63,596 nucleotides of DNA, filler included, from Octopus bimaculoides (GCF_001194135.2; 6 parts of 6 records of this genome joined end to end with filler, not necessarily neighbours in it), one strand, 5' to 3'; counted from the whole stretch's first letter, positions 50,858 through 62,619 are shown. Numbers and translations are program-made. Notes: a model not told the origin generated them from the letters alone.

Positions 50858-51696
50858 GTGGAGGTCGTTCAACTGTACCTTTCTGTCGTCGCCATTGGCT
50901 GAGGCAGCAGTGACGGTCGTGGTTGTGCTGGTGGTGTTGATTGTGCTGGTAGTGGTGGCGACGGTGGCGGCCACGGACGTTCGGCAAAGAGCACTCTTGG
51001 CGGAACCTTGCGGGTTGAAAACCCGGAAAGGTGGACGCACTACCGCCAAGCGGCGGTGCACGAGGGCATCTGCCTCGTGATGGTGAAGCGATATGATGGT
51101 GGTGGGGGTTGCGGTGGTGGCTGTACCGGTGGTGCTGGTAATGGTGGTGGCGGTGGCGGTGACCTCGAACACTCGGTGANNNNNNNNNNGCGGCCACGGA
51201 CGTTCGGCAAAGAGCACTCTTGGCGGAACCTTGCGGGTTGAAAACCCGGAAAGGTGGACGCACTACCGCCAAGCGGCGGTGCACGAGGGCATCTGCCTCG
51301 TGATGGTGAAGCGATATGATGGTGGTGGGGGTTGCGGTGGTGGCTGTACCGGTGGTGCTGGTAATGGTGGTGGCGGTGGCGGTGACCTCGAACACTCGGT
51401 GAAGAGCACCCTCGACGGGACCTTGCGGGTCGAAAAAACCGGGAGGTGCGCTCACTACCACAACGCTACAGTGCGTGACGACACCTGCTCATGATGGTAG
51501 AGGTAATATGACGGTGGCGGCAGCGGTGGTGATGACTGTGGCTGTGGTGATGACTGTGGCGGCGGTAGTAGTGATGGCAGCGGTGGTGGTGATGGCGGTG
51601 TTGGTGACGGTGGTGGTGGTGGTGGCAATAATGCTGGAGGTGACGGTGGTGGTGTGTGTGTGGAGGAGGGAAGGGTTAGCCCTTGGTTACCTATGA
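50858..51696 (+). pseudogene. Candidate Gly-rich repeat-protein exon or pseudo-exon (64-codon period)
   Basis: Plus frame: Gly/Cys linkers separate SAKSTLGGTLRVENPERWTHYRQAAVHEGIC and SVKSTLDGTLRVEKTGRCAHYHNATVRDDTC. One stop at 50900, a frameshift after 51490, and an exact duplication across a 10-N gap. Confidence 0.4.
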
Positions 51697-51987
51697 TTAG
51701 TAATCAGACTTATACTCCAGCATGACCTTTTCGACTCTAGTAATACTAGGACTACATTAGATAAATGTCCTGTCTTGTATAACGTTCGATTTAAGGGATA
51801 TTTGACTGCTATTTCAAGCACGATGAATGCGCACGTAGATGTCCTCCCGTCGCCTCGTGGCGGAGGCGTTAACGATAATAGCAATGGCAGCGATGCTATG
51901 GTGGCGACTGTGCTAGAATTTATCGTGGTGATGATGGTGTTAGCAACAATAGCAATAACAAGAGAGAGAACAACAGCAGCAGCAATA

Positions 51988-51989
51988 AC

Positions 51990-52051
<62 letters not shown>
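51988..52051. repeat. (AGT)n microsatellite
   Basis: Direct reading. Confidence 0.95.
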
Positions 52052-52052
<1 letters not shown>

Positions 52053-52190
52053 TAGTCAGTCTATTTCAGCTCGGTTGTCAACACACGCCCATCGCAATGG
52101 AAGACAGCAAAATGTAAACAAACAACGAAACAGCTTTTCAGAAAAATCTTTCCAATTCAACACGGGACGACTGGAGTACACGCACGCGCC

Positions 52191-52225
<35 letters not shown>

Positions 52226-52540
52226 NNNNNNNNNNNNNNNNNNNNNNNNNNNNNNNNNNNNNNNNNNNNNNNNNNNNNNNNNNNNNNNNNNNNNNNNNNN
52301 NNNNNNNNNNNNNNNNNNNNNNNNNNNNNNNNNNNNNNNNNNNNNNNNNNNNNNNNNNNNNNNNNNNNNNNNNNNNNNNNNNNNNNNNNNNNNNNNNNNN
52401 NNNNNNNNNNNNNNNNNNNNNNNNNNNNNNNNNNNNNNNNNNNNNNNNNNNNNNNNNNNNNNNNNNNNNNNNNNNNNNNNNNNNNNNNNNNNNNNNNNNN
52501 NNNNNNNNNNNNNNNNNNNNNNNNNNNNNNNNNNNNNNNN

Positions 52541-52598
52541 CGGGCTGACCAAAGCGTTGTGAGTGGATCTGGCAGACGGAAACTGAAAGAAGCTCGTC

Positions 52599-52634
<36 letters not shown>

Positions 52635-52774
52635 GGTTTAGATATAGATTCAAAGCTTGAATATGGTACTTATGCGAAGGCACCCGAATATCGCATCCCA
52701 AAAGGATGGGTGATTAAAATCAAACAATAAGCAACACCGATTTCATATATATATATATATATATGTATGTATAG

Positions 52775-52809
<35 letters not shown>

Positions 52810-53053
52810 GATGTATATATTTGTGTGTGTGTCTTTGTGTCTATGTTTATTCTCCCCACCACCATCGTTTGACAACCGCTGCTGGTATGCCTACGTCCCC
52901 GTACCTAGCGGTTCGACAGAAGCGCCCGATAGAATAAGTACTAAACTGACAAGGAATAAATCCTAGGGTCCATTTCTTCGACTAAAAATCCTTCAAGAGA
53001 GTGCTCCAGCACGGCAGCAGCTAAATGACTGTAGCAAGCAAAAGAATAAAAGA
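52541..53053 (+). mobile_element. SINE family B with internal (TA)n/(TG)n microsatellite
   Basis: End of the 5' half (GACCAAAGCGTTGTGAGTGGATCTGGCAGACGGAAACTGAAAGAAG), then TA/TG runs, then the 3' half ending AAAAGAATAAAAGAATA. Confidence 0.8.
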
Positions 53054-53088
<35 letters not shown>

Positions 53089-53675
53089 CACACATTTATT
53101 TGCAAACATATACACACAATTTGTGTCGCTGCTTGTGTTTATATTTTGGTGTTCCTACTCCCAACACCCACCCACACACACCCACACGCCTCCATCGCGC
53201 TGTATCTGTCGCCCATGTGTGTTTGATATCATGTGATCGTCTCCCTGTACATACGTATGTGTGTGTATACATACGCGTGTATGTATATACGTACGCGTGT
53301 GTATATACACTCCTTTGTGTGCGTATTCCTCTATACAAGACCCTATTATGGTATATAACCCCTATTATGGTAAAAAGGGAGGAGTAAAGTACAATATCCC
53401 GCGCTTTGTTTGAGTGCAAGTCTGAGAATGTCTGCTTGTCTTTCCGTCCGTCTGTTTGTCTACCAGGCTGTCAGTCTGTCTGTCTGTTTGTTTGTTTGCG
53501 TACTTGTCTACCTGTTTGTCTGTCTGTCCATCTGCTCGTCTCTGGGTGGGTGATTGGCTGGTTAAATGTTTATTTATATATGTATGTAGGCACGCATACA
53601 TCTATGTATATATGTGTCGCATGCATATGTCTATGTATGTATGTACGTTTGTATTCCTGTACGTTGAAATGTTTG

Positions 53676-53706
<31 letters not shown>

Positions 53707-53945
53707 CGACTTTTCTAGAGAACTGTGTGCATGTGACTTATAATGTTAAGCATTAGTTGAAAACACTCTCAACGTCATAATAAAGAAAAGAGTGAGAGAA
53801 AGAGTGAGAGAGAGAGAAAGAGGAGGAGAAATGGAAAAGGCTAGAGAGAGAGAGAGAGAGAGAGAGAAGGAGGGAAAGAGACAAAGAAAGTTAAAGAGGG
53901 AGTACACTTGTCACCAGCTTGCAACTTTTGTAAAGAGAACATGAT

Positions 53946-54001
<56 letters not shown>

Positions 54002-54100
54002 NNNNNNNNNNNNNNNNNNNNNNNNNNNNNNNNNNNNNNNNNNNNTTAATTAATTAANNNNNNNNNNNNNNNNNNNNNNNNNNNNNNNNNNNNNNNNNNN

Positions 54101-54253
54101 NAAGGCATCAGTAGTGCTTTTACCTGGCACGAACCCAAACTGCATCTCATCTAAATTGATTCGCTCCCTAATTAGTTGGGCTATGACCCTCTCTGTAACT
54201 TTCATAACCTGATCTAACAGCTTGATGCCTCTGTAATTATTTGTATCTCGCTC
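54101..54253 (-). mobile_element. RTE-clade LINE reverse transcriptase fragment
   Basis: NNYRGIKLLDQVMKVTERVIAQLIRERINLDEMQFGFVPGKSTTDA contains the NYRGIKLL / QFGF.PG.STTDA motifs typical of RTE. Confidence 0.85.
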
Positions 54254-54329
54254 GAAAATCCTTACACATGTCACGGGCACAAGTGCCAGAAAGGCGACGC
54301 TGGGCACAGGTGCTATCCCGATTTCGATT

Positions 54330-54556
54330 CTTTTGAGCAGGATGGGCTACTCAACCTGAAGAAGATTCTAACTGGGCCCCACCTGCAAGGTCATGCGCTG
54401 TTTATCTTGATAGGAAATCACTATGTCACGCACATATGGTTGTGATGCTTATGCCTGGTGTACCCTTATCAGACGGATAGTCATGATGGGTATACTGGGC
54501 TTTGTATAATTGTACTCCAGTGACTCTTTGATGGTATGTGCTGCTCTCTCACTCAA
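54330..54556 (+). mobile_element. 3' part of the repeat family at 14849-15369
   Basis: Direct homology; same CTCTCTCACTCAATAATAAT end. Confidence 0.8.
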
Positions 54557-54600
54557 TAATAATAATGATGATGATGATGATGGTGATGATAATAATAATG

Positions 54601-54800
54601 GTTCCAAAATTTGGCTCAAAGCCAGCAATTTCGTGGGATGCATGGGGTAAGTCGATTACACCAACCTCAGTGTCCAACTGGTACGTATTTTATTGACCCC
54701 AGAAAGATGAAATGCAAAGTTAACAGAATTTGAAGTCAGAACATAAAAATGGACAAAATGTCACTAAGGGATTTTAACTGACATATTAATGATTCTGCAA
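54601..54800 (-). mobile_element. SINE family C, diverged
   Basis: GTAAGTCGATTACACCAACCTCAGTGTCCAACTGGTAC.. is homologous to family C. Confidence 0.6.
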
Positions 54801-54959
54801 TCTTGCTGATTGGATAGATGTATATCTAGGACACAAAGATTATGGTAACCTGAATTATGTAGTCTTTCTGATACAGGAAAAACTCCAACTAGGGTTAAAG
54901 AACGAACCCTACAGATCCAGGATTACCCTGACCACCAAAGGCACAAGCCCTCTCTCATG

Positions 54960-55290
54960 CTCTCCAATCTACAGGTACATACTTAATGTAGGGCCACTCA
55001 CTCTAACCACTTTTGCCAGTCATCCACCTTTTCACAAATTCATTAAGTGAGGGCACTCTCCTCTCCACTCTCGCTTTCCTTTCCAAGTGGAACTTAAAAA
55101 AAGTTGACTAGAGCTTGACTGAAGAGGAAGGTGTCTTTCCTCAATCCTTTCAGTATCTTTCACCACACAACCTCTTTTGCCACTGTCACTAGACAGAAGA
55201 ACATCACCTGCCCTGCCTTATTAAAGGTGGGTGAATGAATTGGAGGTGATCCTCATAATGGATTTGGCTGTCAGTCAGATTTGCCCAACA
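54960..55290 (-). mobile_element. Possible L1/Tx1-like ORF2 C-terminal remnant
   Basis: Frame-stitched KEVVW*KILKGLRK..FSQALVNFFKFHL..KRKARVERRVPSLNEFVKRWM resembles, from recollection only, the C-terminus of the LINE family seen at 62850. Confidence 0.35.
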
Positions 55291-56069
55291 TGCAATAACA
55301 ACTGCTCAATAATAATATATTATAAATACGATGAATAATTAGTAATTATAATCTGTATAATGATATAATAATAAAATATTACTTTGGACATTGTTCACTC
55401 TTAAGTTAATCAATTGATGGTAATTATCATGTAATTCTAATTATTTAATTAGATTATCTTCACATGCAACTGATTATCTTATTCATGCAACTTGTATATA
55501 TTTTGATAACTGAGTAAAAGGACAAAGTATTAGGTAGAAAGGAGGAAGAGGTTTATTCTGATTGTTTAGTTTGAAAGAAACTATTGTAGTTTTGTAACCC
55601 CAGGTCATCACTAATTGAGTAACCTTATGATCAGCTGTGACAAACTTGTCTTGTTTTCAGAAAAAGGATATCTAGGATTATGTTATTCAATCTGTCCTCT
55701 TAATTTAAGATATGTAGTATGGTAAGATATGGAGGAAATTTGGCTTCTATTTTTAGCAGGTTAAATAAATGCATAGAGGCTCCCCTTCATAGACTTGGTA
55801 AACAAATAGTTATGTTTGTCATGATGATGATGATGACGATCATCATCATTATCATCATCAGCATCATCAGCACCGTAATCATCATTGTTTCTTAACGGCC
55901 AGTTTTCCATGCTTTCATAAGTCAGATATAATTAGCTGAGGCAGAATTTCTATGGCTGGATGTCCTTCCAGTTGCTAACCCTTACCTGTAAGGTAATGCT
56001 TCTCCATGGCCAGACATGTTTTCATGGAAGACTGGAAATGAATAACACTGCTTGTAGGATGGTGATATT

Positions 56070-56570
56070 ACTTTTTTGTTTCCGCTTCCATTCTTAGCAC
56101 TACTATTATGGTGCCCTCCAGTTGTTCATTATTTCTCAGAATTTACCTAGACAGATCATTGGCATGCCCCAACATTTTTGAAGGCAGATATTCTATTCTA
56201 TAATCATAGTTTAATAGAATGGTACCCCACTGCTGCAGTCTGTTTGCTGTATGTGTTGGGATTCCTTTCTTGGATCTGTATATTGTTATTAGAGGTCTAT
56301 GGTCTGTTTGCAATCAAAAACGTCTGTTGTGAATGGACCTGTGGAACTTTTTCACACCAAATATGATAGCCAATGCTTCTTTTTCAATCTGGCCATAGCT
56401 CTCTTTCACTAGCAATAATGTCCTTGATGTATGAGCTATGACTTTTCTCCTGACATCATTATCCTTGAGTAAGAGATTGGATCCCCTCCCATACACACTA
56501 GCATCTGTAGCTAGTATTATCTCTAACTTTGAGTCGAAATGTGTAAGATTTAAGTCTGAAGCTGTTGTGG
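56070..56570 (-). mobile_element. Ty3/gypsy LTR-retrotransposon RNase H fragment
   Basis: LTHFDSKLEIILATDASVYG..IAHTSRTL..YGQIEKEALAIIFGVKKFHR..LQTDHRPL..SKKGIPTHTANRLQQWGTILLNYDYRIEY..GHANDLSR. Confidence 0.92.
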
Positions 56571-57135
56571 CAGACACCCCCCAGTGACAAGTGGGCTAGT
56601 CCACCACTAATAGACAGTGGACAGACACAGCAAGTAGGGTCAGTCAGCGAGGTATGCTGTACGGGCCAGTCACACAGATGATGAAATATGTCGTCATAAT
56701 GCAGGACGAGGAGTCAAACTACACGCAGTGGCAGATAAGACACAACAAAGACGGACCATGTAAGAAGACACAACAGCTACACATAGTGAAAAATATATAA
56801 ATTCTATTGAAAAAGATTCTGAAGAAAAAAATGTCTTAAAAATCCCAAGTAGGATTTGAAGTACACACAGAGAAAAATATATAAATTCTATTGAAAAAAG
56901 NNNNNNNNNNNNNNNNNNNNNNNNNNNNNNNNNNNNNNNNNNNNTTAATTAATTAANNNNNNNNNNNNNNNNNNNNNNNNNNNNNNNNNNNNNNNNNNNN
57001 CTTCACAGAAAATATCTACGTTCCAGCTTCAGATATTTTGTTTGTATTTTTTTTCTTTTGTTCTTTTCTTTTATGTCTTGCTTTATTGACATTTTAGGAA
57101 ACGGCAGGAAGAGCGCCGACCTGAATAGTTTATGG

Positions 57136-57475
57136 TAGGTAAAGCACAGGATTAAAATTGTAAAGATGGTAGTTAGGGACCAGAGCCTAAATACGTCACG
57201 TTAGGTAAAATGCCGGATTAACGATTGTCGAGACGATTGCTAGAAAACAGGGCTAAACACATTGGGGCTAAGTTAGAGCGCCGGATTAGAGATACAAAAG
57301 AAGGTAGCCACTGAACAAAGCTAGGTAAAGCGCCGGATTAGAGCTTGAAGAAATGAGACCTGGAGTAGAGGGGTCAACAGAACATGGTAGGCAAAGTGCC
57401 GGATCAGAGATTGTAAAAGTTGTAGTTAGAGACCAAGACTAAAGACATTACGGAAGGTAAAATTTCGGATCAGAG
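57136..57475. repeat. Diverged 66-bp minisatellite (~6 units)
   Basis: Recurring [T/A]AGG[T/C]AAA..GCCGGAT[T/C]AGA at 57136, 57202, ~57269, 57322, 57388 and 57454. Confidence 0.8.
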
Positions 57476-57811
57476 GCAGCACAAATGGAAGAATGAACGT
57501 ACATATCTCGATGAGATCAACTGTGTTCGATTAATTGAGATCTTCACTTGCAGACGGGTGGTTACCGGTTCGTCCCCACAGATGGAACCTTGACCAAGTG
57601 TCTTCTGCAGTAACTACGTGTCAACCAATGCAATCTGAATGAAAGTGGGGACATGGAAACTAAAGCCCATCAAATGAACTTTACCCGCACTTGGGGGCTA
57701 GAATTAATCCGGTGATCACTTAGAATTCGGTTGTCTTTAGTAGAATCCATTCTGTAGGAAGCATGGCTTGCTGTCAAAATAATCCTTTTTCTTTCTCCTT
57801 ACTAATGTCAG

Positions 57812-57911
57812 AACCACTGCAACAACTCTTGGATACTGTTCTTCCTTTTCTAATTGAGAAACAAAGAGACTGTGAAATCACTAGGTTCAACATCAAACTG
57901 AATACGTTAAG
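57812..57911 (+). CDS. Candidate coding exon A (100 nt): xPLQQLLDTVLPFLIEKQRDCEITRFNIKLNTL
   Basis: Polypyrimidine tract + CTAAT + CAG acceptor; AAG|GTAAGC donor; only one frame open; phase 1 to 2. Confidence 0.6.
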
Positions 57912-58388
57912 GTAAGCATTCCATTTCATAAAATACCTATAGTCCAGGTGGTTTCAGTGAAAGATACTCGCTGGCTCCTATACTCATTTAGTCCTCAACC
58001 TATTGTCACTAATCAACCAAAACTCATTTTCTGAGATCGATAAAATAAATACCAGTTGAGCACTGGGGTCGAGGTAACTGAAGGTGTTGGTTTCTGCCAA
58101 AATGTGAAACCAATATAAAGTGTTATTGATGAAGGTATGGGTGGTGAGAGTAATGATGAACCTACATGTTTTCACAGAATCTTGCAGGTATTAACGTCGG
58201 AACTGCTACTGCGATTAAAGTACATACATGTCTATGTTTGATCCATCTCTTCAGACTTTAAAATGTCGCCGAAATGGTATAGAAGCTATGCTAAGTAGTC
58301 TCTGTCGCCTGAAAAAAAAAAAAACCATGATATTTAGAATTTAGAATTTCGTTCTTCCCAGTAATTTTGTTACACTTGTCCTCACCAG

Positions 58389-58474
58389 TCTCTCGGATGT
58401 TTTAACGAGAGAAAAAAAAATCAACTTATTCCTCTTTCTAAAAACTAGTATTACAAGACTATCGTTCTTGAATG
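58389..58474 (+). CDS. Candidate coding exon B (86 nt): SLSDVLTREKKINLFLFLKTSITRLSFLN
   Basis: TTGTCCTCACCAG acceptor; ATG|GTGAGT donor; the only open frame is phase 2 to 1, compatible with exon A. Confidence 0.5.
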
Positions 58475-59465
58475 GTGAGTAATGGCTAATTCCACTCATT
58501 GCTGCGATGATCTTCGGATTACCGAAAAATATAATAGGCATGATATTTTGTTGGTTACTGAAGACAGTGTAATATTGGTTTCTGTGGAATCTGCTCAATT
58601 TGTTTGGAATCATTTAGAAAATATTGCTTTCATCCATCACTGGAAACAAAAAAATGAATAAAACAATGTCTATGTTTTGCGGCGAATTAGCAGAATGCTT
58701 TTGGACTGCACTTAATCTCTGAACGGCTCCCTCTTACTCTACGACCCTTTGATCGCACATCGTAGCTTTCATGTTGTCCTGAAGATCAGAACATTTGATT
58801 TTGTTGATTACTGTAGCTGCTACTAGTTGCTGATGGGAATATTTTAGTTGATTAACTTAAAAAGCAAATTAATCTTTTCATCTTTCTAATGAGAGAATTC
58901 ATCATTTTTTTTGTTTTTTTCGCTTTCCCATTCTCATATGATTTTCTTTTTATTTCTGTCCACCAGTTCTGCTTGGGCGTGGTTTCCATTTGTCTCTTCT
59001 TTTATTTGCCTGGAAACGAGTTGTTATCAGGTGGTTTAGTATTCGTGGGTCATTTCATATATAGAATGAAGGATGGGGGCCGGTCATCATTAAAATTTAG
59101 TTAAAAGAATGAATTTTATTACGACAAATTTAGAATCACAGTAGAAAGCCATAAGGTGGCCCCTAGAGTTCAATTGAAGTTGATTCATTAACTTTATTTT
59201 GAAACTACACAGGTCCATAGCAGCCACTGGAAAATATATCCCTTGCATCTGCGATAAGAGGATTGTGTCGGAAGACGACGAACTCCCATTTTTATGCTTT
59301 TGTGTGAAATATGGTGCGAAATTTCTAACCTTCATTTCAGCATTGGTTTGTTTCGGTTAGGACAAAGAAAGTAATGTAGTATGTCTGTACAGAAATCCAG
59401 CTTCTTGTGTAATGAAGTCCTTCGTTTTTGTGCATTGTGGGATAAGTCGATGCTTTGTTACAACA

Positions 59466-59699
59466 AGGTAAAGTAAAGTTTCCTTCTGGAGTCATACCGG
59501 CCGGTTTCCCGGTCTATATATTCTCCACCTGAATGGGACGCTGGTCCGTTGCCAGGTTACCCATTTTTGCCAACTAAGTAGATTGGAGCGACGTGAAATG
59601 AAGTGTCTTGCTCAAAAACATGTCACTCAGTCCAGGAATCGAAACCACAATTTTACAATCCTGAGTCCAACACAATGACCACTGAGCCACGCGGCTCCA
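59466..59699 (-). mobile_element. tRNA-derived CORE-type SINE
   Basis: Minus head GGAGCCGCGTGGCTCAGTGGTC..GGTTTCGATTCCTGG, then TTGAGCAAGACACTTCATTTCAC..AAAATGGG (CORE-like). Confidence 0.75.
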
Positions 59700-60098
59700 C
59701 TGATGGGAAATTAAAACTAAGATGGTAGTGACACTGTTTCAAGAGCCTTATGTACTATGGCTGAACATTGTACAATAATCAAAAACCGAAAGACAGAGAC
59801 AGGTGAGAGAACATCAGGTGAGAGAACATCAGACAAGATGTATCAGTTTGACACTCAGGAAAAATGGAAGTCTTTCATGTTTCGATTATGTCCGTTATTG
59901 CTTCGTAACAGAAATGGAATTAGTTTCTGCTGTGGAATAACATCGGGGAAGGAATGGGATGGGCACACGGAGATTCTATAATTCACTGAGTTTCCTTTAC
60001 TATACTTAACATCTCTACATACATGTATGCATACATACATACACACACACATACATACATACTCACACACACACATATATATAAACTTATATAAATAC

Positions 60099-60129
<31 letters not shown>

Positions 60130-61948
60130 NNNNNNNNNNNNNNNNNNNNNNNNNNNNNNNNNNNNNNNNNNNNNNNNNNNNNNNNNNNNNNNNNNNNNNN
60201 NNNNNNNNNNNNNNNNNNNNNNNNNNNNNNNNNNNNNNNNNNNNNNNNNNNNNNNNNNNNNNNNNNNNNNNNNNNNNNNNNNNNNNNNNNNNNNNNNNNN
60301 NNNNNNNNNNNNNNNNNNNNNNNNNNNNNNNNNNNNNNNNNNNNNNNNNNNNNNNNNNNNNNNNNNNNNNNNNNNNNNNNNNNNNNNNNNNNNNNNNNNN
60401 NNNNNNNNNNNNNNNNNNNNNNNNNNNNNNNNNNNNNNNNNNNNNNNNNNNNNNNNNNNNNNNNNNNNNNNNNNNNNNNNNNNNNNNNNNNNNNNNNNNN
60501 NNNNNNNNNNNNNNNNNNNNNNNNNNNNNNNNNNNNNNNNNNNNNNNNNNNNNNNNNNNNNNNNNNNNNNNNNNNNNNNNNNNNNNNNNNNNNNNNNNNN
60601 NNNNNNNNNNNNNNNNNNNNNNNNNNNNNNNNNNNNNNNNNNNNNNNNNNATATATATATATATATATATATATACATATCAATTTGACATGGGCGATTC
60701 TTTCTTGTATGTTTTCTTGTCTTGAGATTCACGGTCAAACGGTTGGGTGGAATCGCGCGAAAAATTACACAGATGTGTAGAATGATCCGGTGGTGTTGCT
60801 GGACTTTGTATTTTTTCATAGCTCCCATGGTTACCAAGATAATCTATTATAATAATACTCTTGTGTTTATGAATGAGAAAGGAAGGGGTGATAGATGAAT
60901 AAGGAAGGAGGAAAGGGATGATGTCATATTTGGTAGTGGGATGATGAAAATTGTACGCTGAAAAATAAATCAAAGAGCGTTTCAACTCTGTGTGAATATA
61001 TGTGTGTGTATGTAAAAGGGGATATGTGAATGTGTGCGTGCGCGCGCGCAATGGAAGTGGGATGGTTAAAATTCAACAATGAAAAGAAAGATCAAACAGC
61101 GTTTCAACTCTGTGTATTTGGTATTTAGTCACGGCTAGCTTTATGTGGCCTTAAGTCGGACAAGAAGGAAGGAAAACTTTAAAATTCTTTTGAAGGAAAC
61201 AAGCAGTCAGAGGATGTTAGTTGCCGATAGATTTTTCACAAAGAATTTAGTAATAAAAGAATTATAAAACCAAAATCTGGGTTTTCTACCTTATTTATAT
61301 ATGAAATACTACAATTAGCCGTCATTTTTGACGGCACGGGGTCACTCTTCCCACGTGACCGGTGTTCGGCCAAGCGTGATCTTTCTTTCTTGGCCAGCCG
61401 TTGTGCGTGCAACATCGTTATTCCTCCCTGTGCCTGTGAAATCTTGTATTCCTGCTGTAAGGCCTTATTTCCACACACACCAGCTTAATTTAATTCGTCC
61501 TTAGTCGAAAGACATCTGTTGTTATGTCCTGTCTTATTATTTTTATTGTATTTGAGAAACATAGTTCGTTTTTTTCCCGTCCTTGTTTTCGTATACATTC
61601 ACTGCTTTCTTCCAAGGAATCTAATGCTCTTAGTTTAGTTTTTCCTTGGGGCTGGCCAGATTGGAGCAATATCGAGAATAACCAGCCGAAATTGCAAAGA
61701 TAATCTGGATCTCGACTGAAGAGAGCAAACTCCGAATGACCTGTCCGTGTTTACTTTATATCGCCTATCTGAATGTTTTGTTGTCCCTTTCTTGTATCAC
61801 CTAACTGTCTTGATGTTTTGCGTTCTTGTCCCATTCTGTATTATATATNNNNNNNNNNNNNNNNNNNNNNNNNNNNNNNNNNNNNNNNNNNNTTAATTAA
61901 TTAANNNNNNNNNNNNNNNNNNNNNNNNNNNNNNNNNNNNNNNNNNNN

Positions 61949-62077
<129 letters not shown>

Positions 62078-62109
62078 CGTCAACTCAACTAATTACTGCT
62101 TTTGATTAT

Positions 62110-62530
62110 AAAAATGTCATTTGCAGAAATTTACATTTATGATATAAACACCAGATCCGGTTATTAAATGGATATTATGCTATATCTTAATGAACTGACA
62201 CTGATGCTTCATCGAAAACTTGTGAAAAGTAGATCGTTCTATACGAAACAGAAGGAAACATAAGTGTACATGGGTACATTATTCTTAGTGAGTTTGCCAA
62301 GTCTTCAAGAATACAGAAAGTTTGGAAACTGTGATAAAATAAAATCCTGACAAACAGTTATACATACTGGAAGATAGATTGAATCAGTGATTAAGAATTG
62401 CATCAACTGGGAGGAATAATATCAAATGAGTGCATTGCCGATAATGACAGCTCCATTTGGAAGAAATGAGTCAAAACTAAGGGCAGAATATTATCAAACT
62501 CTAATGGATCAAATGCAGAGTGGCATCACA
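62110..62530 (+). mobile_element. Possible Helitron Rep N-terminal relic
   Basis: FAEIYIYD and NESKLRAEYYQTLMD resemble the Helitron motifs FAQLYIYD and NQxKLRAxxYxGLxD; the spacing is much shorter than in intact Rep and there are many stops. Confidence 0.3.
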
Positions 62531-62539
62531 AATGGCCAT

Positions 62540-62619
62540 CTTCGCTTATTCCATATTCTTCGCTTATTCCATACTCTTCGCTTATTCCATATTCTTCGCT
62601 TATTCCATATTCTTCGCTT
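62540..62619. repeat. 18-bp tandem repeat (CTTCGCTTATTCCATATT)x4.4
   Basis: Units at 62540, 62558, 62576, 62594 and a partial unit at 62612. Confidence 0.95.

Noticed and set aside
50967-51402. 213-bp perfect duplication taken as a third protein repeat unit
   Set aside because: 100% identical and separated only by 10 Ns, so it was treated as a probable assembly duplication and not counted as evidence.
50763-51461. Minus-strand Thr-rich, His-rich and Pro-rich ORFs
   Set aside because: Antisense shadows of GGT-rich sequence. The substitution pattern favours the plus frame, and the STRKVP frame has a TAG at the same place in both units.
57136-57475. CRISPR-like repeat-spacer appearance
   Set aside because: The 'spacers' are mutually homologous, the repeats are degenerate, the context is eukaryotic and there are no cas genes.
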